Below, piece by piece: positions 18,672-27,800 of a stretch of 45,164 nt of DNA. Each line of letters begins with the position of its first letter. Position 1 is the stretch's first letter. A program made the position numbers and the translations under genes. The stretch lies in assembly GCA_021810705.1 (NCBI GenBank), contig JAJZID010000001.1, forward strand, positions 1-45,164, read 5' to 3'. This DNA is from Actinomycetes bacterium (lineage in GTDB: Bacteria; Actinomycetota; Thermoleophilia; Solirubrobacterales; Solirubrobacteraceae). The notes under the pieces are model-generated. The model did no database searches. It was not told where the DNA came from and worked only from the letters and a program-made list of their open reading frames with translations.

Positions 18672-19985
18672 TTAAACCCGAACCGGCTTCATGCGGACAT
18701 CTGATAGCCCGACTGGCTCGCGTTCATCGGGGGTGGCCGCGACCGCGCGCGCGTCCAAGACGTGCTGGCGCAGAATCATCGTTGCGGCTATCCCAAGCGT
18801 GACCAGATGGGAGCGGTAGCGAAACCCGGTACCGGCATTGCCGACCGTCAGCGAGTAGGCGATGGTCTCGAAGAGCAGGGGGTAGAGCAGCGGGCCGGCG
18901 CGCCCAAAGACCTGTCCACGCGAAAGCCATGCGTAGCGCATGAAGAGCACGAGGATCGCATAGAAAAACAGCGTCCCGAAGGCGCCGAACATTTGGTTGG
19001 CGTCATGCAGCTGCCAGGGGTACGGTTCGAGTAGCAGTTCTCGGACCTTGGTTGGCAGGCTGGTAAGGATCGCGGTGCGCGATGAGTAGTTGACAGCAGG
19101 CAACGCCAGATTCGCGCCGTTAGCGCCGCCACTGCTGCTGGCCTCTCCGGCGCCGGTGGCGTTGGCTGCCTGCGAATTCTGGAGTATCTTGAGGTTGGAG
19201 CCCCCGGTGGCCGCGTACGCTGTCGGGCCGGCGATGAAGGCCGCCAGCACGAACGCGTAGATGAAGGGCGCCGCGCGAGAGCTGTAGCGCATGCTTCTGA
19301 GCGACGCGTGCAACACGAGCATGACCACCCCCGCGGTCATGAACCATCCTGCGTAGGCGCGCGTCTCAATCGCGATCAGGCAGCCCAGTGCGCAGATGAT
19401 GATGCCGCGAATGTCGAGCCGTTTCCAGAACCAGACGCCGCCGAATGCGACGATTCCGGCGGCGAGTTCCATCATCGGTTCCTTGAGGATGCCGCTGTTG
19501 AAGAACACGCTCGAAGGCTCGATCGCGATCAGCCAGGCGGTCCAGCGAGATGCGCGCGGTCCAGCGAGGTCGTATGCAGCAGCGGCCATGAACAGGCTGC
19601 CGAGCATCGCCACGCCTACCTGGACCACGCGGATCGCTGTCGCGTTCATGAAGCCAACCTTCATCTCCATGGCGAACATGTCGGTCATCAGCTGATAGGG
19701 GCCGTGTGGCAGGTCGCCGGTCCCAAGCGGCGAACTGGCGATAGCGCTCGCAAGGTTTATATATGTGAACTCATCACCGCCACGCAGCGATGCGCCGATC
19801 CCGGTCGCGTTAACCGCGACGATCGCCAGCAGCCGCAACGTGAACGCGGTGAGCATGGCGGCTCCGATCAGCATGGCTGGGCGGGAGCGCTGCAGACGGC
19901 GAAGTGCAAAGAGCAGCATCACTGCCGTGGCAAGAATCGTGAGGATCAGGCCTTCCGCGGCGTTGCTGGCGTTGACAGTTGGCAT
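18672..19985 (-). CDS. Polytopic membrane protein, probable Wzy-like polymerase (GT-C fold)
   Basis: About 10 hydrophobic segments, GGDE..Y in the first loop, LKE, N.G..FRYR; directly upstream of wzc. Confidence 0.55.
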   Translation of the reverse strand: MPTVNASNAAEGLILTILATAVMLLFALRRLQRSRPAMLIGAAMLTAFTLRLLAIVAVNATGIGASLRGGDEFTYINLASAIASSPLGTGDLPHGPYQLMTDMFAMEMKVGFMNATAIRVVQVGVAMLGSLFMAAAAYDLAGPRASRWTAWLIAIEPSSVFFNSGILKEPMMELAAGIVAFGGVWFWKRLDIRGIIICALGCLIAIETRAYAGWFMTAGVVMLVLHASLRSMRYSSRAAPFIYAFVLAAFIAGPTAYAATGGSNLKILQNSQAANATGAGEASSSGGANGANLALPAVNYSSRTAILTSLPTKVRELLLEPYPWQLHDANQMFGAFGTLFFYAILVLFMRYAWLSRGQVFGRAGPLLYPLLFETIAYSLTVGNAGTGFRYRSHLVTLGIAATMILRQHVLDARAVAATPDEREPVGLSDVRMKPVRV

Positions 19986-20617
19986 GCGTGACCTTGCTTG
20001 GCGACCGCCACTTGAGGTCGCGACGAGAGGTGAGTCCCGGGACCAGCCCCGAAAAGGTTAGCGGCAGTGCTCTCATCGACGCGGTGGCGATACTGCTTGA
20101 GCAGCTCCGGTGCAACGAGGTTTGCGCGCGTCCCAGCTACCTTGCGCAGAGCCCGTCGCAAGCGCGTGGCCGTAGAGCGACGAGCCGACGCAAGCCGTGC
20201 CAGCGGGCCACCCGCGCCGGGTAATCTCGGGCTCGGCGGCGCGGTCCTGGACCTGGGTGGTGCTCGGGGCACTCAGCACGCCTTGAGTCTCACGCGCAGC
20301 GCGGGCACATTCGACGCGTGATCTGGGGGCCGGATGGCGGCGACGTGGGCCAAAGCGATCCGCTCGTCGGGATCGCGAGGGCGCGCGTGCCGCGGTCGTG
20401 GTGAGAGGGCTTCGGGCCGCGAAGGCCACCTGCAACGTGATTGTGGACTCTTCGTGGGTCGGTTGCGGAGCAAGCTGTGCGCGCCACCGTGCGGGCGCGG
20501 CTGCCGGTGCTCGGCCTGGCCTGAGCCCATAGGGCACTCAGGAGGTTCGGGGCCTGGCTGAGCCTCGCCGATGCGCGGTGTGCGGTTGCTCGCGGGATCG
20601 AAGATCCGGCTGTGGGC

Positions 20618-21817
20618 TCACCGGCCGTGTCGGCTCGCCAACAACTCGTCGTAAAGCGACGCGTGGTCCGAGACCAGTCGGTCGAGCGTGAACTCTGTGG
20701 TCACGTGCGACCGGCCAGCGTCTCCCATCCGCCTTCGCAACGACGGATCATCCAGGAGGCGACCGAGCGCGGCCACCAGCGCGGCGCTGTCGCCCGGCGG
20801 GGAAAGCAGCCCGCTCTCACCGTCAAGCACTACGGAACGTGTGCCACCCACGTCGGTGGCGACGACCGGCACGGCCGCCGCCTGCGCCTCGATGAGGCTG
20901 ACCGGCGTGCCCTCGTTATCTGAGGTCAGCATCACCACGTCGCTGGCGAAGCAGACGTCGGGGATGTCTCGTCGAAAGCCGGCCCAGACCAGACGCTCGG
21001 CAAGTGTCTTTGCCTGACTAGAAGCTTTTAGCTCCTCACCAAGTTCCCCGTCCCCGACGACCACGAAACGGACCTTCCGTCCCCGGGCCACGCTCACAGC
21101 AGCATCCAGGAAACGGTCCACGCGCTTGATGGGCACGAGCCTCGCGATCAGTGTGACGACAAGCTCCCCGTCGCTGAGCCCCCAAAGCTTGCGCAGTGCG
21201 AGCCGGCGTGCTTCCCGGTCTGTGTCGTCGGTGAAAGGCGAGAGATCAAACCCGAGCGGCATGACGCGCAATCGGCTTGCCGGCGCTACGCCGAGACCGA
21301 TGAGATCGTCGCGCACCTCGCTTGAGACGGCCAGCAGGACATCGGTCTGAGTTGCCAGGATCCGCTCGACCAGCGTGTAGAAGCGCGCCTTACGAGCAGA
21401 GAAGTACCCGGTCAGCGAGTGCCCATGGTAGGTGTGGATCAGGACGGGCCGCCTGCTGGGCAGCGGGAAGGCGAGCACGGTTGCCAGTCGACCGAGCGTC
21501 CCGCCCTTGGCCGCATGTGTATGCACGACCTTGGGACGGTCGCGGCGCATCAGCGCTACCAGTCGCAGTAGCGCCATGAGGTCGCCAAAGCTGGGATCGC
21601 GGCGCATACTCGAAACCAGCGTCGGCGCCACGCCCAGCTGCTCAGCGAGATAGTCCATGGTTCCCTCGGCGGGATCCTCGACGCCACGGACCAGCCGCGT
21701 CACGTAGCCGAACCGCTCAAGCTCCTTTGTAAGGGTGATCGCCTGTATCGCCGGTCCGCCCACGTTCAGCCGAGCGATTACGCGCGTGACACGCCCACGC
21801 TTCTGGTCTTCCGTCAT
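20618..21817 (-). CDS. Glycosyltransferase family 4
   Basis: Probable start MTEDQ at 21817; IARLNVGGPA, HTHAAKGG, NEGTPVSLIEA (EX7E). Confidence 0.9.
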   Translation of the reverse strand: MTEDQKRGRVTRVIARLNVGGPAIQAITLTKELERFGYVTRLVRGVEDPAEGTMDYLAEQLGVAPTLVSSMRRDPSFGDLMALLRLVALMRRDRPKVVHTHAAKGGTLGRLATVLAFPLPSRRPVLIHTYHGHSLTGYFSARKARFYTLVERILATQTDVLLAVSSEVRDDLIGLGVAPASRLRVMPLGFDLSPFTDDTDREARRLALRKLWGLSDGELVVTLIARLVPIKRVDRFLDAAVSVARGRKVRFVVVGDGELGEELKASSQAKTLAERLVWAGFRRDIPDVCFASDVVMLTSDNEGTPVSLIEAQAAAVPVVATDVGGTRSVVLDGESGLLSPPGDSAALVAALGRLLDDPSLRRRMGDAGRSHVTTEFTLDRLVSDHASLYDELLASRHGR

Positions 21818-21840
21818 TGATGCTGGTGATACTGCCACCA

Positions 21841-22665
21841 GTGGACGGCGCGGGCGCATCAAGAACAACGGTGGTCATCCCGGTGTGGGGGCGCTATGTC
21901 GGAATTCGCTTCGCCCAGGCGCTGGAAAGCGTCGCATCCCAGGATCTCCAGGCGCCGGTAGTGGTGGTGGACAACGCCTCCGAGGTTCCGCTGCCGCCGC
22001 TCGGTCGGGCACGGGTTCTGCGGACTGCGACCCGGCTGACGCTGGGGCGGGCGCGTAACCTCGGTCTGGATCAGGTGCAGACGCCGAACGTCGTTTTCTG
22101 GGACGCGGACGACCTGATGCCGCCGGGCACGCTCTCCTTCATGCAGGAGTCGCTTGAGTCCGACTCGCGCCTGGTGGCGTTCGGGATGGCGCTCGCTGAG
22201 GATCCGGGTGGCAAGCGTCACCGCTGGCCCCGTAGGTGGGTCGCGAGGCTCGTTCGCTACCCGCGCGCGCTGGCGATCTTAAACAGTGTTTGGTCGGTCT
22301 TCCCGGCCAACGGCCCGGTGATCATGCGCACCGATACCGTGCGGGCGTGCGGCGGCTTCGGGAGTGCGGCCACGGGCGATGATTGCGTGCTGGGTGCTGC
22401 CCTGCTGTTTCGCGGGCGCGTCGGTTGGAGCGAGCGAACCGGGTGTCTGTATCTGCTGCACGAAGGGTCCAATCGGGATGAGAACTCGAGCGTCCGCACG
22501 CTGCTGATGAATGCGCGCCATGTGCGAGTGCGTCTGCGCTCCGGGCCAGGGACCCCCGCTTGGGTGCGTCGCATCGTGCCGTTGATCGCCTCAGCGCAGT
22601 GGGCGGCGGTTGCTGGGCACCTGGCGGTGGCTGCGCTGCGCCGGCTCAAGAGCCGCGCGGCGTGA
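21841..22665 (+). CDS. Glycosyltransferase family 2
   Basis: VVIPVW, VVVVDNAS, ARNLG, FWDADD; probable GTG start at 21841. Confidence 0.85.
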   Translation: MDGAGASRTTVVIPVWGRYVGIRFAQALESVASQDLQAPVVVVDNASEVPLPPLGRARVLRTATRLTLGRARNLGLDQVQTPNVVFWDADDLMPPGTLSFMQESLESDSRLVAFGMALAEDPGGKRHRWPRRWVARLVRYPRALAILNSVWSVFPANGPVIMRTDTVRACGGFGSAATGDDCVLGAALLFRGRVGWSERTGCLYLLHEGSNRDENSSVRTLLMNARHVRVRLRSGPGTPAWVRRIVPLIASAQWAAVAGHLAVAALRRLKSRAA

Positions 22666-23203
22666 AGCGCCGCCGCAGTACATAGCCGAGTGCGCAGGCG
22701 GTAAGCGCGGCCAGTGAAACCGGGAGCACGAGGCCTAGCCCGTCTATGTCTGATCCACCCAGCAGTTGACCGACGCCAGCCAGCGCTGACCCGGCTGGCG
22801 CCTTCACGGCGGTGCCGGGACGGGGCGGCAAGCTGGCTTTGGCTGGTGGCAACCGGGTCGGCGTCGGGCTGGGCGCCGTCTGAAGCGCGAACTGAGCAGC
22901 CGCACTGCCCTGCGTGCCGAGCTTCGTCAGCTTCTTGATGCCCAACTTCCCAGCGCCGAGCTTCGAGATCTGCGCGGCTGTGGTGTTACCGCCTCCGCTC
23001 GACGGCGGCGCGACGTTGCCGCCAGCCGACGGAATGACCTCGGCGTATTCATTGGCGCCGGCTTTGCCAGGAGGATCGTAGACCTTAGTCTTGCCGGCGA
23101 ACGCGGGAACGGCGAGTGTGAGCCATGCGGTGACCACCAAGATCAGGACGAAAGCTCGGCTGCGGATGCACGTATGGTAGGACGTGGATGTTTCCCGCTT
23201 CAT
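22646..23203 (-). CDS. Secreted, C-terminally membrane-anchored low-complexity (P/A/G/S/T) protein
   Basis: ATG at 23203 overlaps the upstream stop (ATGA); signal peptide ending VPAFA; C-terminal TM helix followed by RRR. Confidence 0.7.
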   Translation of the reverse strand: MKRETSTSYHTCIRSRAFVLILVVTAWLTLAVPAFAGKTKVYDPPGKAGANEYAEVIPSAGGNVAPPSSGGGNTTAAQISKLGAGKLGIKKLTKLGTQGSAAAQFALQTAPSPTPTRLPPAKASLPPRPGTAVKAPAGSALAGVGQLLGGSDIDGLGLVLPVSLAALTACALGYVLRRRFTPRGS

Positions 23204-25206
23204 CCGCCGAACAGCGTTGATGTTGGATAGAGCAGCCGGGCACGCTGGTAGTCGGCTAGGGCCCTGACTGGGTGGTCGAGTTCGGTCTCGATCCGCGCCG
23301 CCGTCAGCCACAGGGTGTAGTTGTCGGGCTCGTGCTTGACAGCGATGCTGATCTCGTGCGCTGCGTTCGGAATGTCGTCTGCCTGCTCATACACCAATGC
23401 CGCCTGCAGAAATGGCGCCGCGGCTCCGGGCTCGACCGCTGCCGCGTTGCGGGCATCAGCAAGAGCGATGCGGAGCTTGCCAGCACGCTCCGCGGCCTGG
23501 CTTGCGCGCACCTCAATCGTGCTGGTCAGCGGAATCACGATCAGCACGATCGCAAGCAGCGCCGCCGCCACGGCTGCAGTTCTGCCTGCGACATTGCGCC
23601 AGCGGCGAGGGCCATTGGCCGCAGAACTCGCTGAGCGCCGGCGCGCTGCGCCGAAGACGACAGCCACGAGCAGCATCGTGACCATCGGCACGACCCCGAT
23701 CTGCCAGACCCAGTCAAACGAGGCAGCGCCGATGAACGCGACGACCGCAGCAGTTGCTGCGGCAATCAGCGCTCGCTCCGGCTCGGTGTGCTGCAGCGAG
23801 CGCGCCGCTCCGAACGCAACCACCGCGCCGAAGAACGCCGCGATCAGCAGCCAGCCGACGATCCCCGTCTCCGCCAGCGTCTCAAACCACAGCGAGTGTG
23901 CGTTCAGGACGAACTCAGCGTGCGCCGGCGTCGTGTGCGCCTGCCAGTAGTAGCGGTATGTGCCAGGTCCGATGCCGTGGATGGGGCTGCTCAAGAACGC
24001 CCGCCAGGCGACCTGCCAGTACTGGTAGCGGTGGCTTCCGGCGAGTGACAGCAGCCGGCTGTACTGGCTTGTGCCACGCGAAGGATTCCACTGTTTGAAC
24101 TGGGAGAAGAGACGTCCCACGGTGCCGCTGGCGGCTGCTGCCACCACCACGATCGCCACCGCCCCGATGATCGCGACGGTCACCCGCTGCGCGCCCCGGC
24201 GCGAGAACTCGAGCCAGCGCGGGCGTCTTGCGCGACGCATCACAAGCGCGAGCAGAAACTGGAGCACAGCCACTGCGGCCATCACCACGACCAGGAGGAG
24301 CAGCATCGAGTGCCGTTGCGCCGGCGGTGCCGCGGCGATCGAATCGCGCAGCGCCGGCCGGTCAAGCAGCGCCACCATCAGTACGGCGATGCCCAAACCG
24401 CTGAGCGCCAGTGTCACGAGGCGCGGAATGCGGTCTGGCATCAGCGCCACGAAGACGACGAGCGCCAGCGCCGCGGCCAGGATGCCGCCGCGCGAGACGG
24501 TCATAGCCAGGCACAGGAGCACGGGCTGAAGCAGCCCCGCCGCGCCAGCGCGCACCCAGAGGTTGCGCGCGTCACTTGCCATGTAGAGCAGCAGCGGGAC
24601 TGCGAGCGCCGCGTACTCGCCGACGCCGTCGGCATAGTCAAACGGGTAGCTGAGTCTTGCGGTCGCGTAGAAGCTGCTGGCCGCGTTGGAGGGGAAGAGG
24701 CTGGGTGTGAGCTTCGAGAGGACCGCAAGCAGGCTGACAGCTGCGATTCCGCAGGCGAGCCCGCCAACCAGGGCGCGCGCGTTGTCTGCACGTACGGCGC
24801 AGAGGCCGAGCACCAGCACGCCGAGGTAGGTCGACACGCGACAGACCTGGTCCAGCGTGCGCTGGTGGCTGGTGGTCCACGACAGGCCAGTCCATGTCCA
24901 GAGCAGAAAGCCCGCCAGGAGCGCAGCCGCGATCCAGCCGGCACCGGGGATGTTGGCGCGCGGCAGTGCGCCCACGAGCACGCCCAGCAGCACCAGCCAC
25001 CACACAACGAGCCCGATTTCGCTGCGCGCGACGATGTCGTAGCCACCACCCGAAAGCGCCAGATAGATGCTCAGCGCCAGCGCCCCAGCGAATGTGAGCA
25101 GACTGCGGGCGCTGTTCGCGCGTCCGCGAGCAGCGCCCGTGCCGAGCAGCACCGGTGTTGCCGGTGCATCCGCAGCGTCAGCCATCTGCCCGCTCGTACT
25201 GCCCAC
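23200..25206 (-). CDS. O-antigen ligase-like (Wzy_C/WaaL) membrane protein with C-terminal TPR-like helices
   Basis: RLSYPFDYAD, TVSRGG, HRYQYW, HGIGPGTY, NAHSLWFETLAETG; TPR-like tail. Confidence 0.8.
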   Translation of the reverse strand: MGSTSGQMADAADAPATPVLLGTGAARGRANSARSLLTFAGALALSIYLALSGGGYDIVARSEIGLVVWWLVLLGVLVGALPRANIPGAGWIAAALLAGFLLWTWTGLSWTTSHQRTLDQVCRVSTYLGVLVLGLCAVRADNARALVGGLACGIAAVSLLAVLSKLTPSLFPSNAASSFYATARLSYPFDYADGVGEYAALAVPLLLYMASDARNLWVRAGAAGLLQPVLLCLAMTVSRGGILAAALALVVFVALMPDRIPRLVTLALSGLGIAVLMVALLDRPALRDSIAAAPPAQRHSMLLLLVVVMAAVAVLQFLLALVMRRARRPRWLEFSRRGAQRVTVAIIGAVAIVVVAAAASGTVGRLFSQFKQWNPSRGTSQYSRLLSLAGSHRYQYWQVAWRAFLSSPIHGIGPGTYRYYWQAHTTPAHAEFVLNAHSLWFETLAETGIVGWLLIAAFFGAVVAFGAARSLQHTEPERALIAAATAAVVAFIGAASFDWVWQIGVVPMVTMLLVAVVFGAARRRSASSAANGPRRWRNVAGRTAAVAAALLAIVLIVIPLTSTIEVRASQAAERAGKLRIALADARNAAAVEPGAAAPFLQAALVYEQADDIPNAAHEISIAVKHEPDNYTLWLTAARIETELDHPVRALADYQRARLLYPTSTLFGG

Positions 25207-25212
25207 GGCGAC

Positions 25213-25222
25213 AGCCTACGGT
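25213..25222. promoter_or_regulatory. Putative bidirectional -10 elements sharing a TA (AGCC-TA-CGGT)
   Basis: TAGGCT (minus) lies 6 nt before GTG 25206; TACGGT on the plus strand faces the gene at 25290. Confidence 0.5.
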
Positions 25223-25289
25223 GGTAGAGTCACGCCTGTTCGGCCGCTTGCGGCAGCAAGTGGCGTGGTCGACTCCATCGCAGGGGGTT

Positions 25290-25769
25290 GTGAAATTGCG
25301 CAAAGCCATCTCGACGGTTGTGGTCTTCTGTGCGTTTATAGCTGGGGCCTCGGGCGTTGCGATGGCTGCTGGCACGCACACTGGCACGCACACCGGGAAA
25401 CACGTCAAGCCGGTACGCTGCGGGACTCTGTATTCGCCGCCGTGCGGTAAGCCGCACATCACCAACCGAGCGCCGAGCGCGAAGTGCGTGAACAGTGGCA
25501 CCAGATATACGCTGCCGCTGCTGCGCTTCACCTCAAACGCCGGTATCCGTCGGATCCAGATCCGCATGGGTAGGAAGATTCTGCGCACGATTCGGTTCAA
25601 GGGCCGCGGGCCTGTGCGCTGGATCGTCAAGGGCTTCAAGATCCCGACGCTCGCGCTCGGCTCGGGAGGCCATGCGCTCACGATCCGGGTGACAGACGTC
25701 AAGGGTCGCTCCGTGAGCAAGACGCTGCACTTTGCGGTCTGCGTCTCGACGCCCGTGTTCACCGGCTGA
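25290..25769 (+). CDS. Secreted basic Ig-like protein ending in -PVFTG
   Basis: GTG at 25290 after G-rich SD-like AGGGGG; signal peptide MKLRK...GVAMA; beta-strand pattern GGHALTIRVTDVKGR; four mature Cys. Confidence 0.7.
   Translation: MKLRKAISTVVVFCAFIAGASGVAMAAGTHTGTHTGKHVKPVRCGTLYSPPCGKPHITNRAPSAKCVNSGTRYTLPLLRFTSNAGIRRIQIRMGRKILRTIRFKGRGPVRWIVKGFKIPTLALGSGGHALTIRVTDVKGRSVSKTLHFAVCVSTPVFTG
25369..25392 (+). repeat. 12-bp tandem duplication (CTGGCACGCACA x2) encoding GTHT-GTHT
   Basis: Read directly from the sequence. Confidence 0.7.
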
Positions 25770-25770
25770 G

Positions 25771-26580
25771 ATGGCGCAGGCGCCGGCAGGTGGGGCCCCT
25801 CACGCTGACTGGAATGGGGTCCGTGCGCCGCAGCGCACGGACCCGGCAACGGCTCGAGTCAGGACGCTCGCAGCGTCTGTGGCGCTCATGGCGGCCGTCG
25901 CGCTCGCGCTTGTCGGGGCGGTAAGCGCCCGAGCAGCGAACCCCCGTGGCGCTGCGAAGAACCCCTATGACGTGATCACACGCTTCGCGGTTGCGAACGT
26001 GCAGAAGCCGATCTACCAGCAGCCGAACGTGCATTCGCGAGTGGTTAACAAGCTGAGCTTCTACACAACCGACACCGAGGCGCTTCAGACCTACCGCTTC
26101 ATCGCCGCAAAGCGGGTCCACGGAGTACTTTGGGAGCACATCGACGTGCCGATGCGCCCCAACGGCCAGACTGGCTGGGTCAAGCGTGCCTGGCTTGGTC
26201 CGGTGAAGACCGCGGACACGCTGATCATCGTCAAGCGCCGGCTCGAGCGTCTGTGGGTCTACCGACGCGGCGTGATGATCTTCACCTCGCCGGTCGGTGT
26301 CGGCAACTGGGCAAGCGGCTGGGCGACGCCACCAGGGCACTTCTGGATCGATCAAGGGTTCACGTCAACCGACCCGTTCTACGGACCGTGGGCCTTTGGC
26401 ACCACCGACTTCTCCAACGACACGCAGTTCCCGGACGGCTCGATCGTCGGCATCCACGGCACCAATGCGCCGTGGCTGATTCCGGGTGATCCGTCTCACG
26501 GTTGCGTACGCCTGCAGGACCCGGAGATCCTCAAGCTCAAGCCGTTGGTCGGCATCGGCACAGCGGTTTGGATCGAGTAG
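25771..26580 (+). CDS. L,D-transpeptidase (YkuD family), secreted or membrane-tethered
   Basis: VGVG...TPPG, GIHGTN...SHGCVRL catalytic His/Cys motif; N-terminal hydrophobic segment; RPNGQTGWV SH3-like part; ATG 1 nt after the upstream stop. Confidence 0.9.
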   Translation: MAQAPAGGAPHADWNGVRAPQRTDPATARVRTLAASVALMAAVALALVGAVSARAANPRGAAKNPYDVITRFAVANVQKPIYQQPNVHSRVVNKLSFYTTDTEALQTYRFIAAKRVHGVLWEHIDVPMRPNGQTGWVKRAWLGPVKTADTLIIVKRRLERLWVYRRGVMIFTSPVGVGNWASGWATPPGHFWIDQGFTSTDPFYGPWAFGTTDFSNDTQFPDGSIVGIHGTNAPWLIPGDPSHGCVRLQDPEILKLKPLVGIGTAVWIE

Positions 26581-26651
26581 GCGCTGACGCTTCCGCGCGG
26601 TGGTCGGCGATCAGGTCCGGCGGCTGCGCATGATGCGCCTCCGCTGCTGCC

Positions 26652-27800
26652 TCAACAGACTCCGCTGACGCCTCTGCGAGCGCAGCGTCTGAGAGCGCCT
26701 GGCACGCGCGCGGCTGACGCGCTCACCGGGTAGGGCGCCTGCACGACGCTGCTGAGGGCGGCCCAGCGGTTGCCCTGCGAGGCCTCGCTGTAGGTGTACC
26801 AGAGGATCAGCTTTGGATGCGCGTAGGCGAGCACCTCGTTGCGCAGCGCGAGCTGCACGGCCGCCGACGGGTACTGCAGCAGGCTGGCGCACTGTGCCTG
26901 GCTCATGCTGGCGGTGCAGACCCCGACTGCTTCGCCGTCCCAGATGTTGTCCCCAAAGGTGAATGCCTGCAGGATGAAGGCGGAGGCGGTTCCGTTTTGT
27001 GTGGCGGCGCGGGCGTCCTGCTGGACACCCTGCTGGATCGCCTGCCAGGTGGCGCTGTTGGGCGAGTAGGGCAGCAACGAGGAGGTCGTCACCGGGTAGA
27101 TCTCGTTGCCGATCGTCGCGCCCGAGCTGTAGTAGGTGGTGCCCTGGCCCTCGCTGGATCCGACCATGATCATGTGGTTGGGGTCGGCGGCGCGGATCGC
27201 GGCGACATACTGCGTAAGGCCCGGCAGTTGCGAGCGCGTGAGCGTCGAGTCATCGGCGGCGTAATACCCGTAAGTCGCCGGTAGCGCCCCAAGCCACTGG
27301 ATCATGTACTGCAGAACCTGCGGCGTGCTGGTGCAGCCGCAGGCGGCGCTGAATTGGCTCCAGTCGGCGGCCGCGCTCGCACCGATCCACGCGCCGCCCC
27401 AGAAACCCGGGTCGTTGATCTCCCACATGATTGACACGCCGACACTCTGGGCGTAGGCGGCATAGGCCGAGATCTCGGTCAGTGTGTCGCCCTGCGGGTC
27501 CATCACCGCCACCTGCATCCCGGCGGCGCGAAGCTGCGTGAGTTCCTGCTCGCAGGTGGTGAGCATGGAATTGAGCGCGCAGCCTGCAAAGATGCCTTCC
27601 GCCGGGAGCGCTGCGGCGCTCTGGGCCTGCCTGGGTATGGCTTGCTGGCTTATGTTGTGGACGTCGCCTTGAGGGCTGAGCGGCCTCGTAAACGCGAGCG
27701 CGCTGCGGGCTTCGATCATCAGCGCTGCCGCAAGGATGAGAACAAGGATCGAGAGGTAGGTGAGCGCGGCGGTCCGGCTGAGGCGGCGCGATTTCTGCAT
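26652..27800 (-). CDS. Secreted protein, possible TIM-barrel glycoside-hydrolase-like fold
   Basis: Signal peptide; GYYAADD, EIYP, ILQAF, LILWY alternating strand/helix pattern. Confidence 0.55.
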   Translation of the reverse strand: MQKSRRLSRTAALTYLSILVLILAAALMIEARSALAFTRPLSPQGDVHNISQQAIPRQAQSAAALPAEGIFAGCALNSMLTTCEQELTQLRAAGMQVAVMDPQGDTLTEISAYAAYAQSVGVSIMWEINDPGFWGGAWIGASAAADWSQFSAACGCTSTPQVLQYMIQWLGALPATYGYYAADDSTLTRSQLPGLTQYVAAIRAADPNHMIMVGSSEGQGTTYYSSGATIGNEIYPVTTSSLLPYSPNSATWQAIQQGVQQDARAATQNGTASAFILQAFTFGDNIWDGEAVGVCTASMSQAQCASLLQYPSAAVQLALRNEVLAYAHPKLILWYTYSEASQGNRWAALSSVVQAPYPVSASAARVPGALRRCARRGVSGVC

